From NCBI GenBank assembly GCA_024704765.1, contig JAKMXF010000051.1, positions 1 through 47,225 on the forward strand: DNA of 47,225 nucleotides, read 5' to 3'. The position numbers and the translations under genes were made by a program. The DNA comes from Oopsacas minuta. Lineage: Eukaryota > Animalia > Porifera. The notes below the pieces were generated by a model that saw nothing but the letters and a program-made list of their open reading frames with translations, was not told the origin of the DNA and searched no databases. Shown here piece after piece: positions 22,037 to 33,850 of the stretch; within the stretch, counting starts at the first letter, position 1; the number at the start of each line of letters is the position of its first letter.

Positions 22037-25000
22037 ATGTATAACAATATTGGACTTCCTACTCCCAGGGGGTCTGGCACTAATGGACACATTCAGAGGA
22101 ACTTCGCAGCTGTTCGGCCAGTGACGTCATCTCGTGGAGAGCATGATACCAAAGAGAGAGGACTCTATGGTAAGAAGACAAGTCATGACATTCAGGAACA
22201 TAACAGGAAGAGATTAGTTCACGTCAAATGTCTGGAGCTTAAAGATCAGCTGGAGAGAGAAGGGTGTGTTACTATTAATAGAATATTCACAGCTGATTGT
22301 TTAATAATTCAAATATTTAGATTGAGTGTTAATGAGATAGAAATACGTGTTAAACAGCTGAGCAGTGAGCTAATAAAAGATATCACAGGGTTAGAGAGGT
22401 ATATACACTTATATTAAATATTCATATGATTATTCACAAGGTGTTAGTTCTGGTAATTTTAGTGTAGCTTTAAACTTCATTTTGATATTTCTAGAATCTT
22501 TCCTGGTAAGTCAGATTTAAAGAATTTGTGTAAGTGGAAGCTCCACTTTTGTAGCTATTTTTGTTTATTTGTTAATTGTGTCGCCTACCTTTAAAATTTG
22601 TCTGTTTATAGGAAATGGGTCGATGATGACAACGCAGTGGCACGCGAGAAACAGCGTAAGTGGCGTGAAGCGCTAAACCCATCAGAAACCCAATCTGGTA
22701 GTCAGGAATCAAATAGGAGAAAACAAGCGTAAGTTTTTTGCCAATCAAATCTGCTAATTGGTAAGTTAATTCTTGAGCTAGCTAATTATTGTCTTTAGAG
22801 AGGTGTCAAGTGGCAGAAGTGGCGCAAGGACACACACATATTCTCAGCACCACAGGTATATCTTACTAATTAACCAATCATATTCTTGCTTTATCAGTTA
22901 TTTACAGAGAATCTTCAGAGGATAATTCTGAACAATTAGAACAGAGTGATAACGATAGTAGCTCTACACATTCCAGAGGCAAACTATCGTCTCCAGGGAA
23001 AGATTGTTCACATTCCAGTGCTCGTGTATCATCTCCAAGGAGGGAGCATCTGCATTCCAGAGCTAAAGTACCTTCTATAAGAGAGCAGTCACATTCCAGA
23101 GTACAGATTCCGTCTCCAAGGAGAGAGCATGCGCATTCCAGAGTACAGATGCCGTCTCCAAGGAGAGTAGCCTTCACACCTCACTCTGAACCTCCAGAAA
23201 TAGGCGGGGAAGTAGAGAGCCATTCAGAAAGCGAGGAGGAGACTCGTGACAAGAGGAAAAGGAAACATAGGTTTATACTCATATGACTAATTTAACACCT
23301 TTATATTCATATTTTCACACCTTTCTTAGGAACAAAAATTCTGGAAAGAAACACTCACATTCCTTGTAAGTATTATTATTCTATTTTTAGTAATTATTAT
23401 TCTATTTTTAGTAATTATTACTATTCTAAATAATTTGATTACTTAGGGAGGATTATGCCACTAAAGGACACAACAGACGACACAATAGTGGCACAGGTGA
23501 TGTGAAATCTAAGAAGCAGCTGAGAGAGAGGTGTGAAAATGTGTCCTCAGAGGTCCGACATAAAACAGACAAGAAAAAATCTAGAAAAGAGAAAGAGCGT
23601 AAATGTACGCTTGGAAATTATGGCACATTAGAAATGTATTTGTTTGTTTGTTTGTTTGTTTATAGTTTCCAAACAGAGGCGACACAGGAACAGCTCCCCC
23701 TCAGAGGATTCTTCTAGCAATGACGCAATCCTCTCACCCCCTCCGAGGAAGCTCAAGAAGAAATTTAACAAGAAGCGACAAAGAGACAGGAGTGTCAGTG
23801 AAGTGGCAGAGGACACAATACGACACAAACGACACAAAAAGAAGAAAATTGTGTCTAGCAGAAAGAAGCGACACATTTCAACTTCAGAAACCACCTCAGC
23901 TAGTGACACCTCGGATTCCGAGGACACATCTGAGCTCTCAATCAGTCAATCAGAGACAGAGTCTAGCGAGGTAACTCCCCCGCCTAAACCCGCCACTAAA
24001 AGCCACAAAAGAAAGAAATCAAAGAAAAATCGAAAAATTGAAACTTCTCTTGAAAGTTCCGATTACGAATCTCCCAAGAAAAAGGTAAAGCGACACAAAC
24101 GTGACACAATTTACAAACGGCGACACAAACATAGGAAAAATAAGAAAAAGCTGTCAGCTGTTAGGAAGCACAAAAAACGGCGCGCAAAGAGGAGAGAATC
24201 TAGTAGCCAATCAGATTCCGATTCTGAGGCCTCGGTTCAGGAATTCGTGGAAGTTAGACATTCCAGAAAGAAGCGTCGTAACCAAGATACGGAAAGTGAG
24301 ATTGAGAATGTGAAGAATGTGGACTCTGATTACGAAATAGAATCTAATGCAGATTTCATTCCTGACTCTCCTGGTCAAGTTAGTTCCAGTTATTCACAGT
24401 TTTATTTACATAATTTATTATATATCAATTTTAGGTGTTAGTTGAAACTGAAACTGAAATTAGTTCCGATTCACAATTCGAGGTTAGAAGGACACATCGT
24501 GACACAAAACACAAGAAACACGTCAAGTTATCCAAGCGACACAATTCTAAAAGCAAGAAGAAAAGAGGTGTCAAGTGGCACAAAATGGAGAGGAAGCGAT
24601 CAGTCAGTTCCAGTGAAGCGACTAGTTCCGATGAGATTGAGCACCAGAAGGAAACTGCTACTCAGAAAGGTGTGAAAAGACGTAGAAGAGATCCAAAAGA
24701 TAGTGACGTAGAATGTTAGTAATAACTCTACGATCTGATTGGTTAGAAATGTAACTTATTCTATTTATAGTAACGCATAAAACAGCTGATAATGTGTCAA
24801 AGAAGAAACAACGAATAGAAAGACATTCCTCTAGTTCTTCTGAGCAACCCAGCATTCCAGACATTCCTGCTGTTGCTATGGAAGAGGCTGTACAATCTTC
24901 TGAAGAAACGTTCCATCAGGTCCCTGTGGTTGCTAAGAGACGGCCAGGTAAGAAAGGAATGCTTACAGGTCTCTTTGGAGAGCAAGGATATGAGGACAAG

Positions 25001-28000
25001 GAATTGACCAATGAGAGACGAGAGGATTTCCCCGTCCAAAGATTTATGCCAGCTGGTTAGTTAACCGAACAATTATTTTACTAACAGCTGTTTATTTATT
25101 ATTTACAGAGTCTCCAACACCTCAGCAAATTCAGGCGCCACTTGGCACTGAGCTGTGGTCTGAGAAGTGGAATGTCTCGGGGAACCCCTGGCTAGCTGGG
25201 ACCGAGGGATCCGTACCTGTCTCTTACCCGTGTCCTTCAGGAATGTTTGGTCCTGCCCTCCCCATAAAAGAACCTGAGATAGCGGAACAGGAACTAATTA
25301 GACGCACCCCATCCTCTTCTAGCAAGGTAACATATATTCATAGTTCCAATAAGAACTAATTAATATTCTTTGTTAGAGTCAGTCAGAATCTCACGGGGAC
25401 TCAGACATGAGCATGAGTCCTGCCTCTGAGAGGAAAGTGGAACTGGAACCAAGTGGGGAGGACAGGTAGTTAGTTCCAGTTATATTTATAACAGGTGTTT
25501 TAATATCTATATTTAGAGTAAATACTCCTGAAGCAGAGACAGCTGATCCTATGAGAGAACAGCAGGAAGTTCTCTCTGAAAAGAGCCAATCAATTCATAA
25601 TACGGAGAACAGGGCTATTCCCCGAGCCTCCTCCCTCTCCTCTCTCTCCTCCAGACACTCTAGAGGGGACAGGATAAGGCGTCGCTCCCCCAGGAGATCT
25701 CCTGACAGATGGAGACGGCGGTCTAGAGAGAGATCACACAGACGGTACCGGACCCCCAGCAGGTCAAGGAGTAGATCCTATTCTCCTAACCGATGGAAGA
25801 GGAGGCGGTCCAGGAGCCGATCATCAAGTCGAGGGTATAGACACTATGATCGTAGGAGGCAGTTTGGAAGATATGATGTTAGTTCAATTTATTATTACTA
25901 CTTGTTTGTATTTACTTTTGTCACCTTAGGATAGACACAGATGGTCTCCGGATAGACGGGACTCTAGGGACAGATGGGGGAGGAGGGGATCCTATGAGAG
26001 GGTGTATGGAGGGTACCACTCTAGGTATGATAGCAGGGACAGAGACTGGAGGAGAAGAAGAGAGAACTCATACCAGAGAGACAGGTTTGTTTGTTTGTTT
26101 TGATTTTATGTATTTTTCATCTCACAATACGATATTATAAAATTATAATTAGTAAAACAAACTAGTAAACAAATTGTAATATATTTGTAGACTGTAGTTC
26201 TTATTATCTGACACACTAACTAATCTCCCGTTTGGAGTTATAGCTATTCCTCGGGGGTAATATAACATTCCTTGTTGGTGTCCCTTTGTTCCTATCATGT
26301 GTAGGAGATTTCCTTCTGGAGAGAATACCCGAATTGAGTGAGATTCGTTATCGTTAATTACAAAGTTATTAAGTGGATCTAGACAGAAGAATAAAGGGTA
26401 TAACACATCCATTCCTTGTCCACAGGTAATGAGGGAGTGTAGCTTGTCTCCCTCTAGGGTTAGCACGTGTATACACGGGTTGTTATTTGGACACAGTACG
26501 TACATGCGGTCACGTGACACTTTAACATCATATGGTCTTGTGATTGACTGATGAGTAATGTTACGGAGATGGTTCAGTTCTGTGTCGTGTACGCTGATTC
26601 TGTTGTTATCGCTATCTGCTATAAACACGTGACCGATGGGATCTGTTGTTAGTTGTCTAGGATAGTTGAATGGTCCGTTTTTTGATCCCCTACCTCCTAT
26701 CTCCCTAACAAGACTCATGTCAGTTAGTGTGAATTGGTTTATAGTGTAATGTGACAAGCTGCTGACATACACATTCTCTCTGTGTATAGCTATACCCCAT
26801 GGATCATCCAGCTGTCCTACACCCAGCTGATTGAGGTACTCTCCTGTATCAGAGAATATCTCTATTCTGTTATTGAAATAATTAGCTACGAATATTTGGT
26901 TAGTAGCTTCATGTATAGCTACACCTAATGGACCAATCAACTCGCCAGGATCTGTACCTCTCTCCCCAGTAGCAACAGTGGAAGTTTGGAATGTAGCATA
27001 ATCTGGTACTCCTGCTGGTACCTGTACGATCTCTCCTAGACGGGAAATACTCGTTTCTAGATCACGTGTGACGCACTTCCACTTTAATTGTGTCTCTACG
27101 GGGATATTATTTTGTAGGTCTCGTAATTTGTCGTTCATTTCTTGGACCATTCTGTCCTGCATGGACTGGAGGGGATTTTCTCTCAGGTCTCCTTGGAGGT
27201 GTGCTTGGGCCTCTGTTAGTTGGGCGATCATTTGGTCTCGAGCGATTTCTGCGGCTCTCTTGTCTTCACCGATATTACGGACTAGCTCCAGCAACTGAAC
27301 TCTTCGGACATTCAGTAGCCCTATGAGACCATCTATGGTGTAGTTGATGTGTGTCTCTATGGGGTCTACAATTTGTGGGGCGATTGGGTATCGTTCTGCC
27401 ATTTTGATAGTGAATATTTTGAATAGTTTAGATATGAATTGGTTGCTGGGGATAATCTTGTGTATTTATAGCTGTAATATTATTTAGTTACAAACAACAA
27501 TAATAATTCGATTATGGTAATATATTATTTGTTAGAATAAACGCGAGGTTATGTAGGTGTTTGGTATTGTGTCTCGTTGCTAGGATACTGTAAGGAATGT
27601 GGTTCATAGTTATTTCGTAATTTTGTATAATTTGCAAGTTTTGAATAACAAAATATGTAATTTTATTAATTAATTACTTTCAATATTCTTCCTTCTTATA
27701 AATGATTTGTTGGATATTAGGTGTTATAATTGTGTCATTTCTAGAGACCGCCATTATGACAGAGACCACTGGGCCAGAGAGAGGGAGAGGGATCAAAGAG
27801 ATAGGGACAGATACCACAGGTACCCTAGGTGTCCTGAGTATTGGAACTAACACTTATTATTATTTATTATTTTGTTTATAGACGCTCGCCGAGACGGAGC
27901 TCCCCCAGACGGGAACAGAGGCGACCTAGGACCAGGACCCCCAGCTGGACCTCTGACACTGACAGCTCTAGCTATAGCTCTGAGTCAAGTGGCACGTCTT

Positions 28001-28416
28001 CTCAGCGCGACACACGGCGACACTCCAGGACACAATCTAGGTCCAGTTGTCATTCTAACACTCTCTCTACTCCAGCTGAATGGAGTCAGTCTCCTCCCTC
28101 GGCTCAAAGCTCTGCTCACAAGGAGTCTAAATCGGAACAAGAACCGGAACCTAAACCTGACACCTCTCCAGCCATACAGGAAGTACTACAGGTGTCACTT
28201 CAAGTGGCTCAGAGTCCTAACAAGATTCTAGAACCACTTGGGGACAATTTTCTGCCACTTGCTGATGAACCAATCAAAAGTGAAATAGTGTCACATGTGG
28301 CAGAACCAGATGATCAGGACAATACACCTACTTTGATACCTCACGAAGTGGCACAAGAACCTGGAACTGAAACTAACGATACAAAGGTGTCAAAAGAACC
28401 ACTGCTTGAATCTTAA
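22037..28416 (+). CDS. SRRM2: SRRM2/CWC21-family serine/arginine repetitive-matrix splicing factor, 16 exons, about 1246 aa
   Basis: N-terminal cwf21 signature MYNNIGLPTPRGSGTNGHIQRN, then K/S-rich, RS and RD/RE regions. Exons 22037-22263, 22321-22398, 22612-22728, 22799-22855, 22908-23270, 23330-23365, 23447-23598, 23666-24378, 24435-24714, 24771-25055, 25109-25326, 25377-25465, 25517-25877, 25930-26084, 27745-27819, 27882-28416 sum to 3741 nt with matching phases. Confidence 0.8.
26149..27402 (-). CDS. NHL-repeat beta-propeller protein with N-terminal coiled coil (TRIM2/TRIM71-like C-terminus, no RING or B-box), intronless, nested in SRRM2-like intron 14
   Basis: Repeated NHL motifs PLGVAI, PWGIAI, PRQLTT, PYDVKV, PLFFCLD, PRGIAIT; lies wholly within the 26085..27744 intron. 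Confidence 0.9.
   Translation of the reverse strand: MAERYPIAPQIVDPIETHINYTIDGLIGLLNVRRVQLLELVRNIGEDKRAAEIARDQMIAQLTEAQAHLQGDLRENPLQSMQDRMVQEMNDKLRDLQNNIPVETQLKWKCVTRDLETSISRLGEIVQVPAGVPDYATFQTSTVATGERGTDPGELIGPLGVAIHEATNQIFVANYFNNRIEIFSDTGEYLNQLGVGQLDDPWGIAIHRENVYVSSLSHYTINQFTLTDMSLVREIGGRGSKNGPFNYPRQLTTDPIGHVFIADSDNNRISVHDTELNHLRNITHQSITRPYDVKVSRDRMYVLCPNNNPCIHVLTLEGDKLHSLITCGQGMDVLYPLFFCLDPLNNFVINDNESHSIRVFSPEGNLLHMIGTKGHQQGMLYYPRGIAITPNGRLVSVSDNKNYSLQIYYNLFTSLFY
27463..27470 (-). promoter_or_regulatory. Candidate TATA box (TATAAATA) of the nested NHL gene
   Basis: About 60 nt upstream of the NHL ATG on its sense strand. The context is AT-rich, so a chance match is possible. Confidence 0.35.
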
Positions 28417-28532
28417 CCAATAAAATGCTAGATTTGACACTAATTCAATTACTAATGAGTTAAGCTACAAATATATTTCAAATCTCAAATCTGATTGGTT
28501 AAATTCCCTTAATTACATTTCTATATAACTCA

Positions 28533-29165
28533 ATGATTAGATGTGAAGTGGCAGAAATGGCAGATGCCACTTTTGATAGAAAATCAATGAAGAGAATTTC
28601 TGACATAATTTCACACTTCCATCCCTGCTCTCCAATCGGAACCACAATCCGGAACTATCCTAAAGTTAGTGCCAGTTCTCCGATAATCCCGCCACCTACA
28701 AGTGGCAGGAAAAGAAAATCTGTTAACACCTGTTCTGACACAAATATAGATATCTTCCTTGACTACTATAAGGAGGGAATTGAATTTTATAGGCAACTGG
28801 GAGAGAAGTGTGAAAATATGAATAATTATTCAAAAGATACTTTGTCACAAATGCAGAATGTTGTCAACAACAAAAATCTAAATTTAGAAATTATCCCGCC
28901 TAAATATAAACAAACACTTCTAAAAGAACAACCAATCAGATTGGACGATTCAAATCAGCTGTTAGTTCATATACAGAATTCTGTCCAATCAGATTTGGAG
29001 AAGAAGAGAGCCATATTTCACACCTCAGAAAAGCGCGCTAGAAAAATCGCAGAATACAAATCAGAACTGAAACTAATAATTCAGGAAATACATTCTATAA
29101 ATCTAATTCTAACACCTCTCAGCGACCCGATACACTTATTCAAAGAACTAATAAGATATAATTGA
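28533..29165 (+). CDS. Hypothetical protein (210 aa) with basic NLS-like patch and C-terminal coiled coil
   Basis: Uninterrupted ATG-initiated ORF, SGRKRKS, heptad-like C-terminus. No family recognised; the start may be the second Met. Confidence 0.6.
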   Translation: MIRCEVAEMADATFDRKSMKRISDIISHFHPCSPIGTTIRNYPKVSASSPIIPPPTSGRKRKSVNTCSDTNIDIFLDYYKEGIEFYRQLGEKCENMNNYSKDTLSQMQNVVNNKNLNLEIIPPKYKQTLLKEQPIRLDDSNQLLVHIQNSVQSDLEKKRAIFHTSEKRARKIAEYKSELKLIIQEIHSINLILTPLSDPIHLFKELIRYN

Positions 29166-30002
29166 TTATTCATAAGGCCATATAAAATAATATACTTGCT
29201 TATCATCCCCGCCCATTTAATCTCCCGCTTCGGCAATTTTTTTTATTTTAATACATATCTTTACTTAACACCTATATTCGCAGATGAGCATCTTCGAAGC
29301 AGGCTAATTATTTAACACTAGCGCCCTTCGCTAGCTTGGTCGCTGAGCAGTGTGGCTAATCATGTGATTTTTCGAAAATCCAAAAAGGTGACAATGGCAT
29401 CATAATTTCGTGAGGTGTGAATTTTCGTCCAAGACACAAACCTGTCCGAGTCAGGCCCAAATACGCCTCCCTGTATGGCCAAAATCAGCCCTGGGGTGTG
29501 CACTAATATTTTATTATTATTATTTACATTGTACAATAATTCATATTACAGAGAGGAAGTGAATATTAGTTTCCCTTATACAGTGTAAGCTAATACGAAC
29601 ACCAACGGACCGGACACTTATAATTATTCGCCTCTCCGGAGTTCATAAACAGGAGTAATATCCCTTGGATTACGGTTGTAGGGGCCTGATTATGTCCGAA
29701 TATTGTTAGTCTTATCAGAAATTAGTATTAACGAGATTGTTTAAATAAATTAGTAAATTATGCTAAGCAAAAATAAAAATAAAATGCCGCCCCCCCCCCC
29801 CCCGCCCCTCTTCCGAAGAAAAAAATGGATGAGAAACGAGTAATTTATTTTACATGGCCTAAAGTAACACCTCTGATTAGCTGTGTAATACTAAGCTCGT
29901 TGCTATGTTAACCTCTGGAATGTTCTGATAATTACGTGATATAGCAAAATGAAACTATATATGCATATTGTTATTTGTTTGTTTGTTTATTTACTTAGCG
30001 GA

Positions 30003-31870
30003 ATGGATCACAAACTCATTTCATTCTGTGACATTAAGAAACAGGCCCGCTTGGACCAGGGACAATTCGGAGTGGTCTACAGGGCAGAGTACAACGAGCT
30101 GATAGTAGCAGCCAAGGAGATAACACCTCCAGACACAGGACAGGAATTTGTGCAAACGTTTAGGCGGGAAGTGGAGATAAACAGTCAGCTGGATCACGAT
30201 AATGTGGTCAAATTCTATGGAGCTTGCTTTGATCCTTTCTGTATAGTTATGGAATATGTGACAGGTGGCTCTCTTTATCACTGGATTTATAAGCAGAGAT
30301 ATAAATTTGATAACGACACAATTCTGTCACTTCTGTTAGGAATAACAAGAGGACTCAAGTACCTACACGACCTCAAGGTGTTACACAGAGACCTCAAGAG
30401 CAAGGTAAACGATAAACAAACAAACAAACTAACTAACAAACACCTATTTATTTCTAGAACGTGTTGATAGAGGAGGGAGGAGGTGTTTTGTCACCTAAGT
30501 TATGTGATTTTGGAGTTTCTAAGACTCTTAATGCTACTATGAATGTAAACACACAAGAAATAGGAACTGTTAGATGGATGGCACCAGAAGTGATGTGTTC
30601 TAACACCTATAATTATAAGTGTGATATATACAGTTTTGGTGTTACAATATATGAAATATTAGCAATGGATTTGCCATATAAGGATGTGGATCCTTACCGT
30701 ATTATGATGATGAAAGCAGTAGAGAAGAGACCACTGACACTCCCAAATTGTGTCGCTGACAGCAGTCACCAAATGTTCGTTAAAATATTCAAACAATGTG
30801 TCGAGTATGATCCAACACAGCGACCTAAACTCTTGGATCTCCTCCTTAAGCTCCAGAACGCTGACCTGTCCTCCGATTCAGACCCCAGTCTGGAGGTAGA
30901 TGAGGACACGAGACTAGCCTGGGAGTTCCAGCAGGAGGAGTATGAGAATTTAGCCATAATAACAACAGCTGATGAGCAATATGCAATGGAATTACAGCAG
31001 AGATTCTATCAGCTGAATATACAGCCACATTATAAACGGCACAATACTGACACCTCTTCTCACAGGTGGCATGGAAGGGACTATGATGAGGGGATAGGTT
31101 TTGCATCAAGATATGATATAGATACAGTACAACATGATAATCTTGTTGGAACTAACACCTGTAGTTCTGGTTACTTAGGAACAGCTAGTCCTGGTTCCAA
31201 TATTGAGTTCCTATACGATCCTCCCTCTATACAGGATGGTATAGACCCTCTCAGTCTGTCTGATATATCTAACAAAATGGAATCAGAACCAGAACTAGAC
31301 CTCTTAGACTTAACACCTTTATCGGAACCTACTATTCGCCCTGACATCCTGACACCTGTCAAATTCTCTCCTGTCCCCGCTATTCCAGAGGGGACACCTG
31401 CGGAGAAACGGCGTTTAGATGATATGGCCACCTGTTCTGGATTAGTACCCTCTGACCTCGGGTCGTTTCTCTTATTGAACTCTGATTTTAAGCCTGTACC
31501 CAAATCTCCCTCTCAGGATCTAACACCTAAGAAGAAGACCCCAATGGATAAGTTCTTGAAGTTACTTAGAAGTGAGTAATATTGAATTAGTAAATAACAA
31601 CAAATTAATCACGTGTATCTATTACAGGTGATTCCCGCAATAAATCTCCAGAACCAAGAGATAGGAATGCAACATTTTCTGGAAATAATAACAAGAAAAG
31701 TTAGTTCCATATTATAACACCTTTTAATCCGTTATTAATTGGTTCTTATTCTATTTTTAGAAACACATTTTGAAGTTAGGACCCAATCTTGTGTGGAGAA
31801 TAATGAACATGATGACGAGCAGAATTTCTCAAGTTTTCATCGTACCACTTCAAACCATAATGCCACCTGA
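30003..31870 (+). CDS. Tyrosine-kinase-like (TKL; MLK/ZAK/TAK1-like) protein kinase with disordered C-terminus, 565 aa
   Basis: join(30003..30404,30458..31571,31628..31699,31761..31870) = 1698 nt in frame. QGQFGVVY, VAAK, HRDLKSKN (across intron), DFG, GTVRWMAPE, DIYSFG. An upstream exon cannot be excluded. Confidence 0.85.
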
Positions 31871-32089
31871 TAAACCACTTAAGCCACAATCTGTATATAA
31901 GAATTTGTCTGTATATCTAAGCCTAGCGATCCCCTGGATACGAATTTGTAGCATTGGCATTTTACTGACGTATTTTATAGATCATATTTTAATATTAATC
32001 AACCCAGCTCTAATTTGTTTATTTGTTTGTTTGTTTACAAATATTTCAATTATACACTCAGACATATGATTGGGTAATTAGGTGTTTAT

Positions 32090-33628
32090 ATGGAGGTGAC
32101 ACTAAATAGTGGCATGGACACCAGACTCCATTTGTGGAGCAAGCTGAGACGTGGCATAGTTTTCACAGAAGGCGTTGTTAGGTATGTGCGTACAGCAAGA
32201 ATTGGCGCCACCACATTCCTGGACTACTGGTGGTCACTAAGGAGTCTCGATGAAGAAAGTGCGCCATATGAAGTGGCTATATTAAAGTGTCACAAACGTG
32301 CTGCCACCAGGATTTATAAAGGGGCATTAAAGAATGGAGGAATATATATAAAATTTGGACAAGCCCTCGCCACCTTAAACCACGTCCTGCCACGTGAATT
32401 CACAGAGAAATTAGCTCTCTTACAGGACCAAGTACCCAAGAGAGGGTACAAGGAGGTGGAGACACTTTTCCTGGAGGATTTCGGTAGGACACCTCTACAA
32501 ATATTCAAGGAATTTGACCTCCTTCCTGTAGCAGCCGCCAGCCTGGCTCAAGTCCACACAGCCCGAACAGCTGACGGAAAGAAAGTGGCAGTAAAGGTGC
32601 AATACATGGATCTACGAGATCGTTTCCATGGTGATATGGAAACTATTCGTATAATAGTGCGGGGAATGGATTGGGTGTTCGGACAGAGGGACAGGGTGCG
32701 AATATTTGATGAGATCAAAAAGAATTTGAAGGAAGAATTAGATTTTGAAAAAGAGGCGCGGAATAGCGAGAAATGCCAAGAGGGATTGCGGTTGCTAGGA
32801 TACGTATATGTACCAAAGGTATTTTGGAAATATACCAGTAAGCGTGTGCTCACTATGGAGTACATAGAAGGCGTCAAACCAACAGATCTGGAAGAGCTAG
32901 AGCGACACAATTTCAATCGTAAGGAAGTGGCACACAAAGTGGTGGAGACGTTTAACCACCAAATATTTCACACGGGGTTCATCCATGCGGATCCACACCC
33001 CGGGAATATATTCATACGGTCAGACACCAAGGGACAGGTCCAAGTTGTTCTGTTGGACCATGGACTATATACAGAGGTCGACACAAATACCCGTGTGGCA
33101 TTTGGGAAGTTTTGGAAGAATTTAATTCTCAGAAATGAAAGTGGCATTCAGGAAAGTTGTCGCGATTTGGGCATCAAAGAGTATGAACTGTTCACCATGT
33201 TATTAACTGGAAAGGTGTTAAAAAGACATCTGAGCCACCAAAATGTGTCCTCAGACATCAGTAAGGAAGATGTGGCACAAATTAAAGAATATATGTCCAA
33301 TAATGAAGACAAATTTGAGGACATATTCCAGAGTCTGCCACCTGCCACTTTCCTAATGTTCCGTAACATAAATATTATTAGATCCATAAACAAACACCTA
33401 GGGACACCAGTTAACAGGTTCCTACTTATGGCACGCTCAGCTGCTACTGGTAGTGAGACACATTCTTATGCTGGAATATGGTTGCTATGGAATACAGCTA
33501 TCTTTGATATTCGTCTAAGGATTTGGAGCTTTAAAATGTGGCTTTTTGTGGCATATTTGAAGGTGTTGGTGGCTCTAGGGAGAGTGCCACCTGAGGCGAC
33601 ACAACGCATTCAACAAATGCAAGCTTAG
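32090..33628 (+). CDS. ADCK5: AarF-domain (UbiB) atypical kinase, ADCK5-like, intronless, 512 aa
   Basis: LDYWW, NGGIYIKFGQ (KxGQ), AAASLAQVH, VAVKVQYMDLRDRF, ELDF, HADPHPGN, LDHGL. Confidence 0.85.
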   Translation: MEVTLNSGMDTRLHLWSKLRRGIVFTEGVVRYVRTARIGATTFLDYWWSLRSLDEESAPYEVAILKCHKRAATRIYKGALKNGGIYIKFGQALATLNHVLPREFTEKLALLQDQVPKRGYKEVETLFLEDFGRTPLQIFKEFDLLPVAAASLAQVHTARTADGKKVAVKVQYMDLRDRFHGDMETIRIIVRGMDWVFGQRDRVRIFDEIKKNLKEELDFEKEARNSEKCQEGLRLLGYVYVPKVFWKYTSKRVLTMEYIEGVKPTDLEELERHNFNRKEVAHKVVETFNHQIFHTGFIHADPHPGNIFIRSDTKGQVQVVLLDHGLYTEVDTNTRVAFGKFWKNLILRNESGIQESCRDLGIKEYELFTMLLTGKVLKRHLSHQNVSSDISKEDVAQIKEYMSNNEDKFEDIFQSLPPATFLMFRNINIIRSINKHLGTPVNRFLLMARSAATGSETHSYAGIWLLWNTAIFDIRLRIWSFKMWLFVAYLKVLVALGRVPPEATQRIQQMQA

Positions 33629-33850
33629 TCAACAATTGTAGATATTTTTTAGCCGTGTTAAAATATTATTAATCTCTAATTTCCAGCTCATAGAATTGTC
33701 ACTCTTAATTACATAGAAGTTACATTCCTTTCTGTTCTATCGTAACTATGTGGCTGCAGTGCCACTTTTGAGGATTTGTGACACAATTGTGTCCTGCGCC
33801 TATTTGTGCCTTTTTTCAGTATTTATTGATTTATTATTTTTAGAATTTAT

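Noticed and set aside
26085-27744. Transposon or retrocopy hallmarks around the nested NHL gene
   Set aside because: No terminal inverted repeats, target-site duplication, poly(A) tail or transposase remnant seen, so no mobile element is called.
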